Source of the DNA: Chiloscyllium plagiosum
Taxonomy: Eukaryota
Length of the DNA stretch: 64,000 nucleotides
Assembly: GCF_004010195.1 (NCBI RefSeq)
Contig: NC_057752.1
Location: forward strand, 11,554,915-11,618,914
Reading direction: 5' to 3'
The notes below the pieces were generated by a model, which was given only the letters and a program-made list of their open reading frames with translations, did no database searches and was not told the DNA's origin. The translations under genes were made by a program, and so were the position numbers. Below, piece by piece: positions 26,535-38,323 of this stretch. The stretch's first letter is position 1. Every line of letters begins with the position of its first letter.

Positions 26535-27053
26535 CCTCGGCCAGATCAGGAGTAATGTGACCAGTTCTGGTCACCCTCTTATAGAAAGGATAAAATTAAG
26601 CTGGAGAGTGTTCAGAAAAGATTTACTACGATATTCCCAGGAATGGGAAGTTTCAATTGTAGGGAGAAGCTGGATAGGCTGGAACTGTTTTCACAGAATC
26701 GCAGGAGGCTTTGTAAAAGTATGAGGTGTATAAATGAGGTGAATGGAAGTTGTCTCTTTTCCCTCTGGTGGGGGATTTCCAGATTAGGGGCATATCTTTA
26801 ATGTGAAAGGAGAAAGATTGATAACAGACATGAGGGTATTATGCTTTGTGTGCAGAATGAACTCCCAGAGGAAGTGGTGGATGTGGGTACAGTTACAACA
26901 TTTAAAAGACATTTAGATAAATGGATGAATGTGAAATGTAGGGATATGGGCCAAGGGTGGGCAGATGGGATTGTTCAGTTTGGAATCATGGTCAGCATGG
27001 ACTGGTTGGACCGAAGGGTCAGTTTCCATGCTGTATGACTCTCTGACTCTATG
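26535..27053 (+). mobile_element. CR1 3' fragment
   Basis: NELPEEVVDVGTVTTFKRHLDKWM; tail gactctctgactctatga; paralog at 47395-47944. Confidence 0.8.
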
Positions 27054-27330
27054 ATTGAGCTGATTTGTCAATGCCCTTCAGATGCAATCTTTCTTACCCA
27101 CACTCCAAGACCGTTCATTTCACATCCCAACCACTACCCTGTTAAAGGAACGTTTTGCATCAGGGCACTATTTCTTTCATTGCCATTCAGTGTGTATCTG
27201 TGTCTTTGGTGAACTTTCCCCCAACTCCTTTTGCTCATTGTGGGTCTCTCTCTGCTTCTCTTATCTTTCTGAGTCTCTGCAATACAACTCTGGAAAATGG
27301 GATCTCTGTAACATTTCTCACCCTACACTC

Positions 27331-28490
27331 TGTGATGATGCTGTCACTTTAAAAGGCTATTTTGTCCTTGGATTTTTTTTGAAGAGTGTTCGTAACGGCA
27401 GAGGTCCCGAGGAGTCTGGAGAGTTCAACAGTGTAACAATGGAAAGGAAGTGGCCAGCTCTCCCAGATCAGGCTTTCTCCAGTTTTTTCTTTGCTGCAGC
27501 ATTCACAAGATGTTGGAGTCCGGAAATGTTGCAAGCTTCAGTAAAGGATTCCTCTGACTTTCTCTGAAATCTCTCTCTGGATGTTGTTCTCTCCTGCCTG
27601 TTAGAATCTGTGTTTCTATTTACCTTTCTGTGTCGGGCCGTGCTTATGGGATGTTACCGTATTGGAACAGCCAGTTAGGTAAGTTCCTGTCTCGGGTCAG
27701 TTAGGTTTGTTAAGGACCAGGCCAGACTCCCCTCAAAATATTTTAAGGAGGTAGCCTAGACCCTAACATTTTCTTATTGTAAAGGCAGATGTGAAATGGT
27801 TATTCCAGGTGTGATGCAGCTGGTCAAACCAGTCGGCTTTAAGCAAAACTTATTTAATTTAAGCACTACAGTTGAAGCACAAACTAAAGAAATCGGAATT
27901 TAGAATAAAATAACGACGGGCTAAATACTGGCAAATGAGACGAGATTGGGTTAGGAAATCTGGTCGGCATGGACGCGTTGGACCTAAAGGTGTGTTTCCG
28001 TGCTGTCCAACTCTGTGACTGTACTGGATAGCTTACCATATGTACTCGAGTAGTAGTCAGATCTCTTTGACTACTTTTTACATTTAAATCTATGGGATCG
28101 ACTGTGAAATGGATACTACTTTTGAGTGGCTGAAAACCATTCCGTATCATTAGCAGAAATCCAATTGATCGCTCAACAAATAAAGAGAAAAAATAATGAG
28201 TTACAGTAATGCTGAAAACCCAGAGATGGTGGTCTTTTCTCTGTGAAGAACTCAGGTTGACCTCTACACAAGATATATAAAAAATTCTAGATTTTTGGCC
28301 AGAAATAGGTGTCAACTTTTACATGCAATCGATTATTACCCGAGTATATATGGTAACCGACCCATTAGGGTAACTATTACTAATTAACTGTTCCAATACA
28401 GTAATATCTCATGAACACACCCCTTCGCAAAAAGGGAAATTCAAAAGTACCAAGGACAAAATAATCTTTTTAAAGTGACAGCATGGACAC
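27331..28490. mobile_element. Inverted pair of Gypsy LTR sequences; the right one is the 3' LTR of a minus-strand element whose interior runs into the gap
   Basis: tgtgatgatgctgtcactttaaaa at 27331 mirrors ttttaaagtgacagcatggacaca at about 28490; junction tgttaaggaccagg at 27707; the C-run after 28490 is a minus-strand polypurine tract. Confidence 0.65.
28036..28353. mobile_element. Tc1/mariner-superfamily (Tc2/pogo-like) MITE
   Basis: TA|ccatatgtactcgagta ... tacccgagtatatatgg|TA terminal inverted repeats with TA duplication. Confidence 0.7.
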
Positions 28491-28544
28491 ACACACCACC
28501 CCCCCCCCCCTCCTTTAAAATAATGAACCACCAAAATACAATGG

Positions 28545-29044
28545 NNNNNNNNNNNNNNNNNNNNNNNNNNNNNNNNNNNNNNNNNNNNNNNNNNNNNNNN
28601 NNNNNNNNNNNNNNNNNNNNNNNNNNNNNNNNNNNNNNNNNNNNNNNNNNNNNNNNNNNNNNNNNNNNNNNNNNNNNNNNNNNNNNNNNNNNNNNNNNNN
28701 NNNNNNNNNNNNNNNNNNNNNNNNNNNNNNNNNNNNNNNNNNNNNNNNNNNNNNNNNNNNNNNNNNNNNNNNNNNNNNNNNNNNNNNNNNNNNNNNNNNN
28801 NNNNNNNNNNNNNNNNNNNNNNNNNNNNNNNNNNNNNNNNNNNNNNNNNNNNNNNNNNNNNNNNNNNNNNNNNNNNNNNNNNNNNNNNNNNNNNNNNNNN
28901 NNNNNNNNNNNNNNNNNNNNNNNNNNNNNNNNNNNNNNNNNNNNNNNNNNNNNNNNNNNNNNNNNNNNNNNNNNNNNNNNNNNNNNNNNNNNNNNNNNNN
29001 NNNNNNNNNNNNNNNNNNNNNNNNNNNNNNNNNNNNNNNNNNNN
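28545..29044. other. Assembly gap (500 N)
   Basis: Run of N. Confidence 1.
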
Positions 29045-29059
29045 TCAGTGACTCACAGC

Positions 29060-29275
29060 CTGTGTCACCATCTCTACCACTCCATGTATCTTTCAGCCTC
29101 TCTCTCTATCTCTCTTCCTTGTCTCTCTTTGATATTCTGTCTCTCTGTCTCTCTCTCTCTACACCACAGTCTCTCTCTCTCTCTCTTTCTGTCATCCTAT
29201 CTTTCTATCCAATCTCTCTCTCATCTTGTCTTTGTCTGTGCCCCGTCTCTGCCTGTGCCTGTCTTTCCTCCTTTT
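29060..29275. repeat. Degenerate (CT)n microsatellite
   Basis: CT-rich low-complexity tract. Confidence 0.8.
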
Positions 29276-29955
29276 GCTACTGTAGTGATTGTAACAAGGT
29301 CAGTCAGTAGGATCTCAGAGAATCTGGTGGGATCAGCGGCCTCCATCTTGCCGCAGCAGCAGTGGGACTGGTGAGAGTGAGGAGGAAGGGGCTGCTGGGA
29401 AGGTCAATTAACCCTTTAATAACTTATCTCATGAATACGCGGATCACACGTTGAGCAGGAGCACACAAGGGACTGCTGAGTAAGTGAGGTAATATATTTG
29501 GGTGGTTGCTTTACCTAAAACACTACTTTGGTAGGGTCTCTCACCAATCCTACTCCTCCTCCTCTAGCCAAAAAAAAGGTTTTGTGCACCGATTCATTCA
29601 GGTAAGTAGTTGTTTCAATAGTCTGTTTGGGAATTCAGAACAATGGGAATGGATGTAAGGGCAGTTGCATGACCCTCCAGCCGGATGTGGGAAGTAAGGG
29701 TCACCACTCGTGTCCCCAATGACTTCATCTGTCAGAATTGCTCCCAGTTCCAGCTCCTCGGAAACTGTGTTAGGGAACTGGAGCTGGAGCTGGATGAACT
29801 TCGCATCATTTGGAAGGCAGAGGATTTATCATACAGGAGTTACAGGGACGTAGTCTTGAGGATCTAAAATTTGAATTTCGGCTGTTGTTAGAAGCATCGA
29901 GTGTATGCAGATTTCTATTAACGACTCCGCCGTCTCCAACCTTGCAAAGGGAGAG

Positions 29956-31753
29956 ATGATAAAGATCAAACTTGCCCTGCTGTGTGGACTTGCCATTGCC
30001 AGCATTGGTGCACAAGAAGGGACAGTTTACCTGTGCGATCCTGAGCAAACAGAGACTGTGCACCAACTATGCCAGGAAGATGTCCTTGTGTGCTGAGAGA
30101 CTGAATGTTACCAAGAATGACCATTGCAGTGATCAACTGCATCAAAAAGATTGACCAGTTCATTTACAGAACAAGTCTAAATGGTCTTTACTCTGTAAAG
30201 GTGTTGTGTGCCAGTTTGATTTCATTTGTACTATGGGCATCCCTGGTAAGCCTTGTTGCCTTTCAGATAGATCACGTAGTAAAAGAGACAAAGGGGGGTT
30301 TTATCCTTCACTAACAATTTGTTTCTAGAAACCCATAATAAAATATTTGGAGAGGATGAAATAGTTTGTTATGTCCTTACTTCAGCAACAGACTCCCTGA
30401 CCCCTTTTACCTTCTAAATCCTAGCATGGGGGTATAGAATAGTTCTAAATTATTTACAGGATTATGGACTTCCTCCAATAAATCCACGATATCCTATCCA
30501 AATTGCTACAATGGTAAGGGATGGGGGGTGCGCTATGTCAAAGTGCCTAAAATTATCCCCTGTGCTCTGGTAAAATGTATCAGTCGTCACTGCTTCCCTG
30601 AAGGATCTCGCAACTCGTGTGTATGCCTTAAGGAGGAATGTGTCTCTATTACCACTGCTATTCAAACCCTTTGTGGGGTGGGTAACAACACCCACCTTCA
30701 TTATGATACCTCTAATGGCACTAATATTTTCCCAATTATTGGATGGATAGAAACATTCTGGGATATTGGCCACGTCTCTTATCAAGAGACCCACCTCATT
30801 CGACTAAATGATTTTCAGCCTTTACGTTCGGGACCAAACTAAATAATCATGGATTACCCAGATACTCCAGGAAGTCACAAAGATAGGCCCGCTTCTTATT
30901 GGGAAGGTCCCTCCATTATCTATACTAAACCTGGATATTATTTTTTCAGTGATAATAACGCATCTAAATACCTTGTCCTGAATAGAACAAGTCCTCCTCG
31001 TGTTGTAGCTGTAGGAACACTATTTCCAACTATTGTTCCCTGTCCACTTACCTGGCAACGAGATTCAAATTCCCCTGTTAAACATTCAGTTTCTCCTGAC
31101 TTTTGTGCAGATTGGAAGAATCCAAAGGCCATATCAAGAAGTAAAACTCACTCATTGGCATATGCAGCTCTTAGTGTTCTTTCTGTAGGAGGGTCATCAG
31201 GAATTATTAGTCATCAAAACCGTAATTCCGTAATTAATCTCATTTGTGGACTCACGATTTTGGGAAATGAGACAACTGTTGTCCTAATAGAAATTAGTGA
31301 CATACTTTCAGAATTGTGCCTATTTACCCAACAAAACCGCTGTGCACTCGATTACATGCTTGTGAAAGAACGTGGAGTTTGTGCAATAGTCAAAGGAAAG
31401 TGCAACATGGAGGTCACTAATTTTATCGAAAACATTACTAGACATATAGATAATATCCGCACTTTTGTCAACCAAATGAATGAAGGTGCAGGATTGGGTT
31501 TTGGCTCATGGTACAACTGGCTAATCAATATGGCTATATATGCTGTTATTGTTTGAGTTGGTATTTTGCTGGTATTGCTATTGTTAACTGTATTATTGCT
31601 AAAATATTAGATTCTGTTGACATCATTGGTTCCACCCAGAAAATACTTCTTCTCCACTCAGCTGATGGTGAGGAAGCACCAGTGCCTGCCCCGGGTTACT
31701 CTTCGGAGGAAGAGAAAGTTTGGCAGTCATTCGCTGCCATCAAATTGGATTAA
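29956..31753 (+). pseudogene. env: Retroviral env pseudogene (signal peptide, Cys-rich SU, TM with immunosuppressive domain, anchor, tail)
   Basis: MIKIKLALLCGLAIASIGA signal peptide; ORF 30849-31556 with QQNRCALDYML..GVCAIVKGKC; W-rich pre-TM segment GSWYNWLIN; several stops and frameshifts. Confidence 0.85.
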
Positions 31754-31802
31754 TTTGATCCATGTCTTTATGATGTGGTCATGGAATGACCAAAAGGGGG
31801 AA

Positions 31803-32398
31803 TGAGGATCTAAAATTTGAATTTAGGCTGTTATCAGAAGCAACAGGTATATGTAGATTTTTATTAAGCGCAAAATGGCTTTTCAATTTAAAATAACACA
31901 ACAAAATGGCTGCAAGTAATGATTTGACTCTGTGAACATGAACCGATGCTTTGCTAAGTTGGTTGTATTTAGAGATAAGAAAGAACAATGGATTTTTCAT
32001 AATATGAATCCTAAGACAGTGATTTGGTATTCCAACTAACCTTGAACCGTTAGCATGGGATGGTGATCTACGTAAATTAAGAACCCTTTCCCAGGAAATA
32101 TCATTGGATTAACCTGCTGTACATCATGTCACCTTATTATATGTGATTGGCCTTTTCTTATAATTAAGGTTGCACTGTCTCTTTAAAAAATATGTAAATA
32201 ATGTGTAATTTTCGAATGTAATTGCGCCATTTCTCCAGGGAACACAAAAGCTTTTAACCTTCGTGTTGCTGGACAAATCTGCGTGAGGCTGCTTTAATTA
32301 ATTAAACTGGCAATTTTGCTTTAAACAGACCATTCTCCTCGTGATTCTTTTGACCGATCTCGAACCAAGAGGCCCCTGTGGAAGGGTCTAGATCTTCA
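31803..32398 (+). mobile_element. ERV 3' LTR (596 bp)
   Basis: TG..CA with a 10-bp imperfect inverted terminal repeat; preceded by the PPT; ATTAAA near 32301. Confidence 0.85.
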
Positions 32399-35300
32399 GT
32401 CTCACCTCAGGTACGAGAAAAAGGTAGATAGGTTACAGTCAAGGGGATGGAAAGGGAACAGGCAGTGAGTGCTGGGATTTGCTGTGGCCATCGCCTCTAC
32501 AGTAAATATACTATTTTGGATACTATTGCGGGGTGGGGATTATCTACCAGGGGAAAGCTATAGTGGCCAGGTTTCTGGCTCTGTGGCTCAGAAGGGAAGG
32601 GAGAGAATAGAAAAGTGCTAATCGCAGGGAACTCAATAGTGAGAGAAACGGACAGGAGATTTTGAGGTCGCGATCGGGATTCCGGGAAGGTATGTTGCTT
32701 CCCAGGTTCCAGGGTCTGGGATGTCTCTGATCGTGTCTACAAGATTCTGAAGGGGGAGGGTGAGCAGCCCAGAAATCATGGTGTGCATTGGCACCAATGA
32801 CACAGCTAGGAAAAAGAATGAGGGTCTAAAAAGTGACTTCAGGGAGTTAGGTTGGAAACTAAAAAGCAGGACAAGCAGAGTAGTAATCTCAGGATTACTA
32901 CTGGTGTCACGTGCTTGTGATGCGAGGAACAGGGAGCGACTGCAGTGAAACACGTGACGACAAGGTGGTTGCAGGAGGGAGGGCTTCAGATACATAGATC
33001 ACTGGGGTACCTTCTGGGGAATGTGGGACCTGTACATGAAGAATGGGCTACACTTAAACTAGAGGGGAACCAATGTCCTGGGTGGGAAATTTGTGAGAAC
33101 ACTTTGGGAGGGCTTAAACTAGTTTGGTAGGGTGATGGGAATCAGAGCTACAGATCAGAGGAGAGGGTAGTTGTTGAAGGGGCGCAAATAGAATGCAGAG
33201 AGTCTGTCAGGAAGGATACACAGTTGTTAGGCCAAATGGATGGGTTAAAGTGTGTCTGTTTCAATGCAAGGAGTGTCAGGAGTTAGAGTGGTGAAATTGG
33301 AGCATGGATCAGTACTTGGAACGACGGTGTTGTAGTCATAATGGAGACATGGATTTCAAAGGAACAGGAATGATTGCTGGATGTTCCAGGGCTTAGGTCT
33401 TTTATAACGAACAGGAGGGAGGAGCATTGTTAATTCGAGAGTCCGTCACAAATGCAGAAAAGGAGGTTGTTGAGGAGGGTTTGTCTTCTGAGTCAGTATG
33501 GGTGGAAGTCAGTAAAAGGAAAGAAGGAGTCACTTGATTTGGTGTTTTCTGTAGCACCACTTTCCCCCCCCCCCCACCCCAAATAGAAGCAGAGAGAAGG
33601 AAGAACAGATTGGACAGCCGATCTTGGAAGGTTGCAGATGTAACAGAGTTGTTGTTATGGGTGACTTCAACATCCCCAGTATTGATTGGAACCTCCATAA
33701 TGCAGATGGTCTGGATGGAGCCAATTTTATCAGGTGTGTCCAGGAAGGATTCCTGACTCAATATGTAGATTGGCCAGCTAAGGGGGAGGCCATATTGGTT
33801 TATGTGCTCGGTCCCGAGCCAGGCCAGGTGCCAGATCTCTCAGTCAGACAGCATTTCGGTGAAAGTGACCACAACTGCCTCACCTTTACCATAACCATGG
33901 AGAGAGTTGTGAACTGATAGCATGGGAAGGTATTTAATTCGGGGAGGGGAAATTATATTCCTATTAGACAGGAGCTGTGGATTATAAATTGGGAACAATT
34001 GTTCGATGGGAAATGCACAATAGAAATGTGGAGAATGATGGAGTACTTGTTGAACAACTTTGTCCCACTGTTACAGGCAAGGAGTGGTAAGGTGTAGAGG
34101 CCTTGGATGACAAGAGAAGAGGAGAAGGTTGAGCAAGCAAGGATCTGGAACAGCTTTACAGGATTACAGGGTAGAGAGGAAAGAACGCAAAAAAATGGAC
34201 TGAGGAGACCGAGGAGGGGGCACGAAAATGCCTGGGCAAGAAGGAGTAGGGAAAACCCAAAGGCGTTCTATACTTATGTGAGGAATAAGCGAATGATGGA
34301 GAGAGGGTAGGGCCGATCAGGGATAGTGGAGGGAACTTAAGCCTGAAGTGTGACGAGGTAGGGGAGGCCCAAATGAATTTTTTTGTTTCAGTATTCACTG
34401 GAGAGAGGGATCTTGTTGATAGCGAGAACAACATGGACCAGATTAATAGCCTTGAACAGATTGATATTAAGGAAGTGGATGTACTGGAAATTCTGTGAAG
34501 CATTAAGATAGTACCAGATATATCCAAGGTTACTTCGGGAAGCAAGGAATGAGATTGATGCACTGCTGGCGATGATCTTTGCATCCTCACTCTCCACGGG
34601 AGTAGTACTGGATGATTGGGGGGAGGTGAATATTGTTCCTCTGTTCAAGAAAGGGAATAGGGAAATCCCTGGGAATTACAGAAGAGTCAGTCTTATGTCT
34701 GTGATAAACTAGGTAGTGGAAAGAATTCTGAGAGATAGGATTTATGACCATTTGGAAAAACATAGTTTGATTAGAGATAGTCAACGTTGTATTGTGAGGG
34801 GCAGGTCATGCCTCTCAAGCCTTACTGAGTTCTTGGCGAGTATGACGAGACACGTTGACAAAGATCAAGCAATGTATGTGGTGTATATGGGTTTCAATAA
34901 TGCATTTGATAATATTCTCCACGGTAGGCTCATTCAGAAGGTGAGGAGGTATGGAATACATGGAAATTTGGCTGTCTGGATACAGAATTGGCTAGCCGCA
35001 AGAAGACAATGAGTGGTAGTGAATGGAAAGTATTCCGCCTGGAGGACAGTGACCCATGGTGTCCCGCAGATATCTGATCTTTTGGCTTCTCCTCTTTATA
35101 ATTTTTATAAATAACGTGGATAAAGAAGTGGAAGGGTGGTTTAGTACGCTTGCCGATGACACAAAGGTCGGTGCTGTCCTGGATAGTGTTGAGGACTGTT
35201 GCAGGCTACAACAAGACATTTACAGGGTGTAGAGCTAGCTTGAGAAGTGGTAGATGGAGTTCAACCTGGATAAATGCGACATGATTCATTTTGGAAGACT

Positions 35301-36009
35301 GAAATTAAAGACAGGATTCTTGACAGTGTGGAGGAATAGCATGATCTTGGGGTCCACGTGCATAGATCCCTCAAAGTTGCCACCCAATGTGATAGGGTTA
35401 TTAAGACGGCGTATGGTGTTTTGGCTTTCATTAACAGGGAGATTGAGTTTAAGAGCCGAGAGGTTTTGCTACTGCTCTATGAAACCCTGGTTAGACCTCA
35501 TTTGGAATATTGTGTCCAGTTCTGGTCACCTCATTCGAGGAAGGATGTATATGCTTTACAGAGGGTGCAGAGGAGATTTACCAGAATGCTGCTTGGACAG
35601 GAGAGCTTTTCTTATGAAGAGGGGTTGAGTGTGCTCAGGCTTTTCACACTGGAGAGAAGATAAAAGAGAGGTGATTTGCTGGAGGTGCACAAGGTAATGA
35701 GAGGCTTAGATAGAGTAGATAGCCAGAGACTTTTCCCCAGGGCATAAATGGCTGTGATGAGGCGTCATAATTTTGAGGTGTTTGGAGGAACGTAAAAGGC
35801 AGATATCAGAGGTAGGTTATTTACACAGAGAGTGGTGGGTGCGTGAAATGCACTGCCAGCAGTGGTAGTGAAGTCAGAGACAGACATTAGGGATTTAAAT
35901 AAGCGACTGCCGGACAAGTACATGGACAGCAGTAAACTGAGGGGTGTGAAGGTTAGGTTGATCTTAAATGAAGGTAAATGCTGGGCACAACATTGTGAGA
36001 TGGACCGTT

Positions 36010-36711
36010 GTGTGTTCAATACCCTGACGACCTGTGACTCCACTTTCAAGGTATTATCAATGTGCACCCCAAGGTCTCTTTATTCATCAGAACTCCCCAG
36101 GACCCCACCATTCAGTGTATAAGCCCTGCCCTGATTTGCCTTTCCAAAATGCAACACCTTACTTTTATCTAAATTAAACTACATCTGCCACTCGTCGGCC
36201 CATTGGCCCATCTTAAAAAGGCCCCATTGTACTCTGAGATAACCTTCTTCATGTTCACTATACTACCAGTTTTGGTATCATCTGCAAACTTACTAACCAT
36301 TCCTCCCATATTCATATCCAAATAACATATAGAAATTACAAAAAGCAGTGGACCCAGTACCGATCCTTGCAGCACACTGCTGGTCACAAGCCTCCAGCCT
36401 GAAAAATAAAATACCCCTCCACCACCACCCTGTGTCTCCTACTCTCGAGCCAATTGGTATCCATTCAGTTAATTCTCTCTGGATTCTAACCTTGCTAACC
36501 AGTCTAACATGTGGAACCTTGTTGAAGTCCTTGGTGAAGTCCATATAGACAACTCCCACCACTCTGCTTTCATCAATCTTCTTTGTTACATCTTAACAAA
36601 ATTCAGTAGAGTTAGTGAGACATGATTTCCCACGCACAAAACCATGATGACACTTCCTGATCAATTCTTGTCTTTCCAAATGAATTTGGATCCCGGCCCT
36701 CAGAATTCCCT
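36010..36711 (-). mobile_element. CR1 RT fragment
   Basis: VLQGSVLGPLLFVI..SKFADDTKTG and VYMDFTKDFNKVPH. Confidence 0.85.
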
Positions 36712-37440
36712 TTAAGAAACTGGGCAGGAGGTTAAAAATTGGTTTGTCAATGATACGAAACCTGGTTTACTCCAGGTGTCACGTGCTGGTGAGGGCAGGA
36801 ATAGGATGCTAGAGCATATCAATGCGAGACTGAGGGGCTGGTGCAGGGGGTAGGGATTCCCATTTTTGGATTATTGGAATCTCTTCTGGGGCAAAAGTGA
36901 TCTCTATAAGAAGGATGGTTTGCACCTGAATTGGAAAGGGCCCAATTCCTGGGCGGGGAGATTTTCTTATGCTACTCAGGAGGCGTTGAACGAGTGGGTG
37001 AAGTGGGTCTGGGGGGGGTCACAGTCAAGAAATAGTGAGAAAAGAAATAAGTCTGAGGTTGGTAGATTTGAGAAGGGGAGCAAGTCAATAGTCAAGGTAG
37101 GCAAGAGCAAGATAGAGAATGGGGTAAGATGGATGATTTAAACTGCATTTATTTCATTGCAAGAGGCATGTGAGGTTAGGCAGATGAACTCAGGACATGG
37201 TTGGGAACACGGGACTGGGATATCATAGCTATGACAGAAATGTGGCTCAGGGAAAGGCAGAACTGGCAGCTTAATGTATCAGTGTCTCAGTGATAAAGGA
37301 AGGATAGAAAGGTGGGGCAGTAAAGGACGGGGATTGGCATTTTTGGTTTGGAATAATATTACAGCTGCATTTAGGGAGGATATTCCCGGGAGTACATCTA
37401 GTGAAGTCATTTGGGTGAAACTGAGAAATAAGAAAGGGTC
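36712..37440 (+). mobile_element. CR1 fragment (end of ORF1 and start of endonuclease)
   Basis: DYWNLFWGKSDLYKKDGLHLN; IAMTEMWL. Confidence 0.75.
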
Positions 37441-37644
37441 CTATTTGTCTTCAGCATATAGAGATTGTATTGACATGATATAGCTTTGATGCTGACATTG
37501 AAAAGGAAGCTTGTAAAGTGCGTGAATGGGTGGGAACAGAAGATCATGTTAACATCGTTATACGCAGTGTACTGGGGATCATGAGATCACAGATAACAGT
37601 ATGCCGAATGTTAAGCAACTGTGCTACAAAAAAAAGACAACCTG

Positions 37645-38323
37645 CTGCGATATTATAGACCTCGGAACTTTAGTAACTGTTCATGGATTGGAAGAATCAA
37701 CAAAAGTGAAACTGTTGCATGAGAAAAGAAGCAGCAATGACTCTCTCTGGAAGAAACTGTTAAAGGACAGGGAGAAACCTATCCAGGAATTGGAAGGAGT
37801 TAGAATTGAAATCTCCCCGCCCAGGAATTGGGCCCTTTCCAATTCAGGTGCAAACCATCCTTCTTATAGAGATCACTTTTGCCCCAGAAGAGATTCCAAT
37901 AATCCAAAAATGGGAATCCCTACCCCCTGCACCAGCCCCTCAGTCTCGCATTGATATGCTCTAGCATCCTATTCCTGCCCTCACCAGCACGTGACACCTG
38001 GAGTAAACCAGGTTTCGTATCATTGACAAACCAATTTTTAACCTCCTGCCCAGTTTCTTAAAGGGAATTCTGAGGGCCGGGATCCAAATTCATTTGGAAA
38101 GACAAGAATTGACCAGGAAGTGTCAGTTCTCGATTCAACAAAATTAACAAATAAAGATGAGGGACTGTGATATTATAGACCTCAGAACTTTACTAACTGT
38201 TCATGGATTGGAAGAATCAACAAAAGTGAAACTGTTGCATGAGAAAAGAAGCAGCAATGACTCTCTCTGGAAGAAACTGTTAAAGGACAGGGAGAAACTT
38301 ATCCAGGAATTGGAAGCAGTTAG
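37645..38323. repeat. 159-bp direct repeat (37645-37803 and 38165-38323) enclosing a 317-bp inverted copy (37809-38125) of 36648-36964
   Basis: Direct sequence comparison by eye. Confidence 0.9.

Larger units (their letters stand above)
18950..28310 (+). repeat. Segmental duplication unit A (paralog of 39520-49270)
   Basis: Colinear shared unique DNA, CR1 fragments, GPCR gene, SINE, LTR pair and MITE. Confidence 0.9.
29857..32398 (+). mobile_element. Internally deleted endogenous retrovirus (5' LTR stub, env, PPT, 3' LTR)
   Basis: Termini TGAGGATCTA...TAGATCTTCA; GTCT duplicated at 29853-29856 and 32399-32402; about 65-bp LTR stub matches 31803 onward; PPT AAAAGGGGGAA at 31792-31802. Confidence 0.9.
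29320..36005 (+). mobile_element. Near full-length decayed CR1 LINE, interrupted in ORF1 by the ERV
   Basis: ORF1 MWEVRVTTRVPNDFICQNC before the ERV and VCIGTND after it; VVMGDFNIPSIDW, LADDTKVGA and VRPHLEYCVQFWSP. Confidence 0.85.

Noticed and set aside
28475..29374. 299-aa ORF in the track
   Set aside because: Artefact of the N gap plus the CT microsatellite.
31074..31560. Endogenous filovirus element
   Set aside because: The glycoprotein sits within retroviral LTR, PPT and target-duplication structure, and no NP, VP35 or L-like sequence is visible.
29956..31753. Domesticated syncytin-like env gene
   Set aside because: Multiple stops and frameshifts in SU, a stop in the membrane anchor and a degraded furin site.
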